IMG/VR virus record: IMGVR_UViG_3300022917_000008
Span: 91,658-155,657 of that record
Source: a virus
Lineage: Duplodnaviria; Caudoviricetes
Direction: 5' to 3' (one strand)
Length of the DNA stretch: 64,000 bases
Part shown: in pieces, positions 61,014 through 64,000 of the stretch
Layout of the letters: each line of letters opens with the position of its first letter
Position numbering within the stretch: the stretch's first letter is position 1
Notes under the pieces: model-generated
The model's database searches: none
The model's input: only the letters and a program-made list of their open reading frames with translations
What the model was told of the DNA's origin: nothing
Made by a program: the position numbers and the translations under genes

Positions 61014-64000
61014 ATGAAAAGAATACTTCAAACACTGGCTCTACTACTGATCTATGTAGTAGGCCAGTCTCAGAACACAACTCCAACCTATACTCAGCCA
61101 ATAGGCACCACTTTTGGTAACATGACTGTTATCAACATGGCGTATAATGCCCCTGGGTTTGCCTATGGGCAGGCTATGGTTTATTTGCCCCCTGGTTACA
61201 ATGACCCTGCTAATGCTACAAAGAAGTACCCTCTATACTTCTTTAGCCCTGGTAGTGGTGAAACTTCTCAGAACAACATCATTGAAGTACAGACCACTTC
61301 TTTACCCCAGCTGATAGCCCAGGGATTCAATCCCTATTCTATAGACACACTAACTGGGGATACAGTGAGATGGATAGTCATTGTACAGCATGCTGTAGGT
61401 GGAGCAGCAAATGCCTACCCTCAGCTGAAATACACTTTCCCCTATCTACTAGCAGACACTTTATACAGAATAGATCACAATTGTGTATGGGCTGGTGGTC
61501 TCTCTAATGGGTGTAGAGCCTCTGTATCCATTATAGTAGGACAAGTGGTAGGAGACACTGCTCTTGGAAAGATGATCACAGGCATCATGCCAATATCAGG
61601 CGCAGGATATGATGACTACCAGAACACTACTGGATTCAGGAACCTTGACACCTTCATGGTTAGAGGTGGAGGAGTCTTGTATACAATAGGATCACAGGAT
61701 CAGAACTTTAATGCTCTGGGTTATGTGGCATTTGATAACAAGTACACTCAGTTTGCAAGGCCAAACAAGTACAGGAGGTATGTGGCTCTAAACCAGGGAC
61801 ACACAGCTAGTGTATGGACTCCTTGTTTCCAGTTGAATTTCAAGCAATTTGATAGTACTCAATTCAAATGGAATGCCTGGGACCTGATGTGGGCTATGAG
61901 AAAGAATGCTGCTGTAGCTTCCCTTAGTGCCAATGCAGGTACCAACCAGACTATAACAACTCCTGCATCTACCACTACTCTTAATGGTAGTGGTCAGACT
62001 CCTAGTGGTACCACTATTACTGGATATGCCTGGACTAGAATTAGTGGTCCTAACACTCCTACAATTGTATCACCAAGTAGTGCAACTACCAATATAACAG
62101 GGTTAGTACTAGGGACATATGTGTTCCAACTACAGGTAACCAACTCAGCTTCAAACACTGCTACTTCACAAGTTACTGTGACTGTACAAAGTCAACCAGC
62201 TAACCCTCCAATTGTTTCAGCAGGTGGAGCACAGAGCATACAACAACCTACTTCCTCAGCTACATTGAATGGTAGTGTAACTCCACAAGGATCAAACACT
62301 ATCACTAGCATTACATGGACACAAACAAGTGGCCCTGTAACAGCTAACATTGTATCTCCTTCATTTGCAAGCACTAACATAACAGGTCTTACTACCTTGG
62401 GTACCTATGTATTCAAGATAACTGCTGTAGATAGTAGGGGACAATCAGCCAACTCCAATGTGAATGTGGTAGTTAGTCCTAATCCAGGATCAGCTAATGT
62501 AGTACTTAAGCCAGTAATTACTGAGTATGCAGTTGCATTTATCTATAAGGGAGACTCTCTTACAAGGAAATTCACCTACAACCAGACTACAGGCCACGTG
62601 CAGTTTGATCCATTTGTAATGGGTAGCAGGAAGACTATAGATGGTGCTCCTTTGTTCAACACATTTGTGCTACTGGATGATCAACACTACATGTGGAGGA
62701 CAACTACAGGTACTTCCAATGCAGTTAGAATGGACACAGACACACTGGGAAATCCTCTCAATGATGTACAATCTGTGTATGGATACTTCTTCACTGGAGC
62801 TTGTATCAGAACAGATGGTTCTATCTGGTACTTTGGACAAGATGACTACCACTTCTATAGTGCAGGTGGTATCACCATGAACAAGCCTATCAAGCTGAAT
62901 CAGCCTCCTGGTGTACAGTTCAAGGCACTGGCTATGGGTGTAGACTTACTAGGGCTAACAACAACTGGGGATGTTTACTACTGGGCACTGGGTGATCCTA
63001 CCTATCATCAGGTAACACTTCCAGGACCTGCCTTATTCATAGGTTCTTCCCACTACAACTACAAGGTTATAGTGGTGGATGATGGTGCTGGTAGTGGAAT
63101 GGGATACCCCTATGTATTTGGTAGTGAATTTGGATTCTGGGGTGGTAATGCACAGGCTCCATATACAGCTCCTCTCCCAATGAAGACATTGTGGGGCATG
63201 ACCCAGCCAATCAAGTCTCTGGCTGTATCCAATAACACAATTCACTATGTTGACTCACTGGGGAGAATGTATGGAATTGGAGATGGTCCCAATGGAGAAA
63301 TTGGGGATGGAAGGCATCTGGTGAATCATGCAGAGTTGTATCCTAGTCCATTTGCATGGTCCTGGGTCAAAGGGGAGCTATTTACAGGGGCTCCTGCAGT
63401 TCAGGTAGCTCCAGGTATTGTTTGGAAAGAGGTCTTTGCTGGGCCTGCATTTGCTTATTACAACTATGCCAAGGATGTCAATGACTCCCTATACTTCTGG
63501 GGAAGAAACAAATCCTTTGTGGGTGGAGATGGGGTAGCAAACAACCAAGAAGTTACCTATCCCAATGGATTGGATGTGGATACTCCTAGTATGAGGACAC
63601 CCTTAGCTGTTACACCAACACAGACACAATACTATAATTTTAGCCTACCAACTGCAAATGTTGGAGCTAACCAGAACATTAACACAACTTCAACTACTCT
63701 TAGTGTGACTGCTACTCCACCTTTACTGGTGGCTAGTGGTAAGCCTAACTATGGGTACACAATAGCTAGTTACTTATGGACTAAGTTAAGTGGCCCTAGC
63801 TGTACAATAACAAGTCCAAGTACTGCCACAACTACAGTAACAGGAATGGGATCAGGTACTTACTCTTTCAAAGTACTGATGACAGATAACAACAGAAGCA
63901 CTTGGGCTGATACTTTACAGGTGGTAGTAAATACCTCTCTTCCAATAGTGAGTGCAGGTTCTAACCAGGTGGTGACTCTGCCTACTACACTAACACTTAA
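61014..64000 (+). CDS. Signal-peptide-bearing alpha/beta-hydrolase + PKD repeats + RCC1-like propeller protein (3'-truncated; not in ORF track)
   Basis: Translated by hand and open to the window end: MKRILQTLALLLIYVVGQS|Q; YLPPGY...KKYPL; nucleophile G-L-S-N-G (61497-61511); candidate acid and His in GSQD and QGH; PKD units (ANAGTNQTI, VSAGGAQSI, ANVGANQNI, VSAGSNQVV); RCC1-like DGSIWYFG, GDVYYW and GRMYGIGDGPNGEIG. Confidence 0.85.
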   Translation, partial: MKRILQTLALLLIYVVGQSQNTTPTYTQPIGTTFGNMTVINMAYNAPGFAYGQAMVYLPPGYNDPANATKKYPLYFFSPGSGETSQNNIIEVQTTSLPQLIAQGFNPYSIDTLTGDTVRWIVIVQHAVGGAANAYPQLKYTFPYLLADTLYRIDHNCVWAGGLSNGCRASVSIIVGQVVGDTALGKMITGIMPISGAGYDDYQNTTGFRNLDTFMVRGGGVLYTIGSQDQNFNALGYVAFDNKYTQFARPNKYRRYVALNQGHTASVWTPCFQLNFKQFDSTQFKWNAWDLMWAMRKNAAVASLSANAGTNQTITTPASTTTLNGSGQTPSGTTITGYAWTRISGPNTPTIVSPSSATTNITGLVLGTYVFQLQVTNSASNTATSQVTVTVQSQPANPPIVSAGGAQSIQQPTSSATLNGSVTPQGSNTITSITWTQTSGPVTANIVSPSFASTNITGLTTLGTYVFKITAVDSRGQSANSNVNVVVSPNPGSANVVLKPVITEYAVAFIYKGDSLTRKFTYNQTTGHVQFDPFVMGSRKTIDGAPLFNTFVLLDDQHYMWRTTTGTSNAVRMDTDTLGNPLNDVQSVYGYFFTGACIRTDGSIWYFGQDDYHFYSAGGITMNKPIKLNQPPGVQFKALAMGVDLLGLTTTGDVYYWALGDPTYHQVTLPGPALFIGSSHYNYKVIVVDDGAGSGMGYPYVFGSEFGFWGGNAQAPYTAPLPMKTLWGMTQPIKSLAVSNNTIHYVDSLGRMYGIGDGPNGEIGDGRHLVNHAELYPSPFAWSWVKGELFTGAPAVQVAPGIVWKEVFAGPAFAYYNYAKDVNDSLYFWGRNKSFVGGDGVANNQEVTYPNGLDVDTPSMRTPLAVTPTQTQYYNFSLPTANVGANQNINTTSTTLSVTATPPLLVASGKPNYGYTIASYLWTKLSGPSCTITSPSTATTTVTGMGSGTYSFKVLMTDNNRSTWADTLQVVVNTSLPIVSAGSNQVVTLPTTLTL

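Noticed and set aside
1014-63245. Numerous minus-strand and nested ORFs in the track (e.g. 25529-26176, 53526-54131, 59812-60450)
   Set aside because: All lie opposite or inside long coherent + strand genes, have no recognisable motifs and are explained by codon bias in T/G/S-rich genes.
1-64000. Stop-codon reassignment (TAG or TGA), known in some crAss-like phages
   Set aside because: Genes up to 12 kb are uninterrupted in the standard code and coding density is near complete.
56393-64000. Host chromosomal DNA flanking a prophage, or lipoprotein/holin interpretation of the hydrophobic N-termini
   Set aside because: Same CpG depletion, strand and TAATG coupling as the phage genes and shared fibre modules. 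Three of the four lack a suitably placed Cys and all share an SPI-type xQ(A/S)|Q site; 59639 has a Cys at -3, so SPII cannot be fully excluded for it.
1-64000. tRNA, rRNA, CRISPR array or intein
   Set aside because: Intergenic gaps are at most about 130 nt and are explained by promoters and terminators; no cloverleaf, repeat-spacer array or intein terminal motifs recognised by eye.

Overview
The window is the virion/late gene module of a crAss-like phage (order Crassvirales or a close relative) with a Bacteroidota host. All real genes lie on the + strand in the standard genetic code and are tightly packed, often through TAATG stop/start overlaps. Gene order: portal (5'-truncated), acidic scaffold-like protein, major capsid protein, conserved head and head-tail genes, fibre and Cys-rich/FN3 proteins, a promoter/terminator-bounded metallophosphoesterase, IHF-like and tail ring genes interrupted by a free-standing GIY-YIG endonuclease, a small zincin, the muzzle (tail stabilisation) protein, cargo proteins, a Dps/ferritin-like protein, a 4065-aa virion RNA polymerase polyprotein, a 2319-aa polyvalent protein and a terminal block of fibre/spike genes. 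The most unusual observation is in the last four genes (56393 to the window end; the last is absent from the ORF track). They encode a beta-helix depolymerase, a fibre-like protein, an Ig-repeat protein and an esterase-PKD-RCC1 protein. Each begins with a similar 19-aa Sec/SPI signal peptide ending xQ(A/S)|Q, and three are rich in Bacteroidota O-glycosylation sequons D(S/T)x, while three also share modules with the phage's ordinary fibres. This suggests phage fibre/spike proteins routed through the host periplasm. The DNA is also extremely CpG-depleted, with local CpG-richer patches. Family assignments come from motif recognition and gene order, not database searches.
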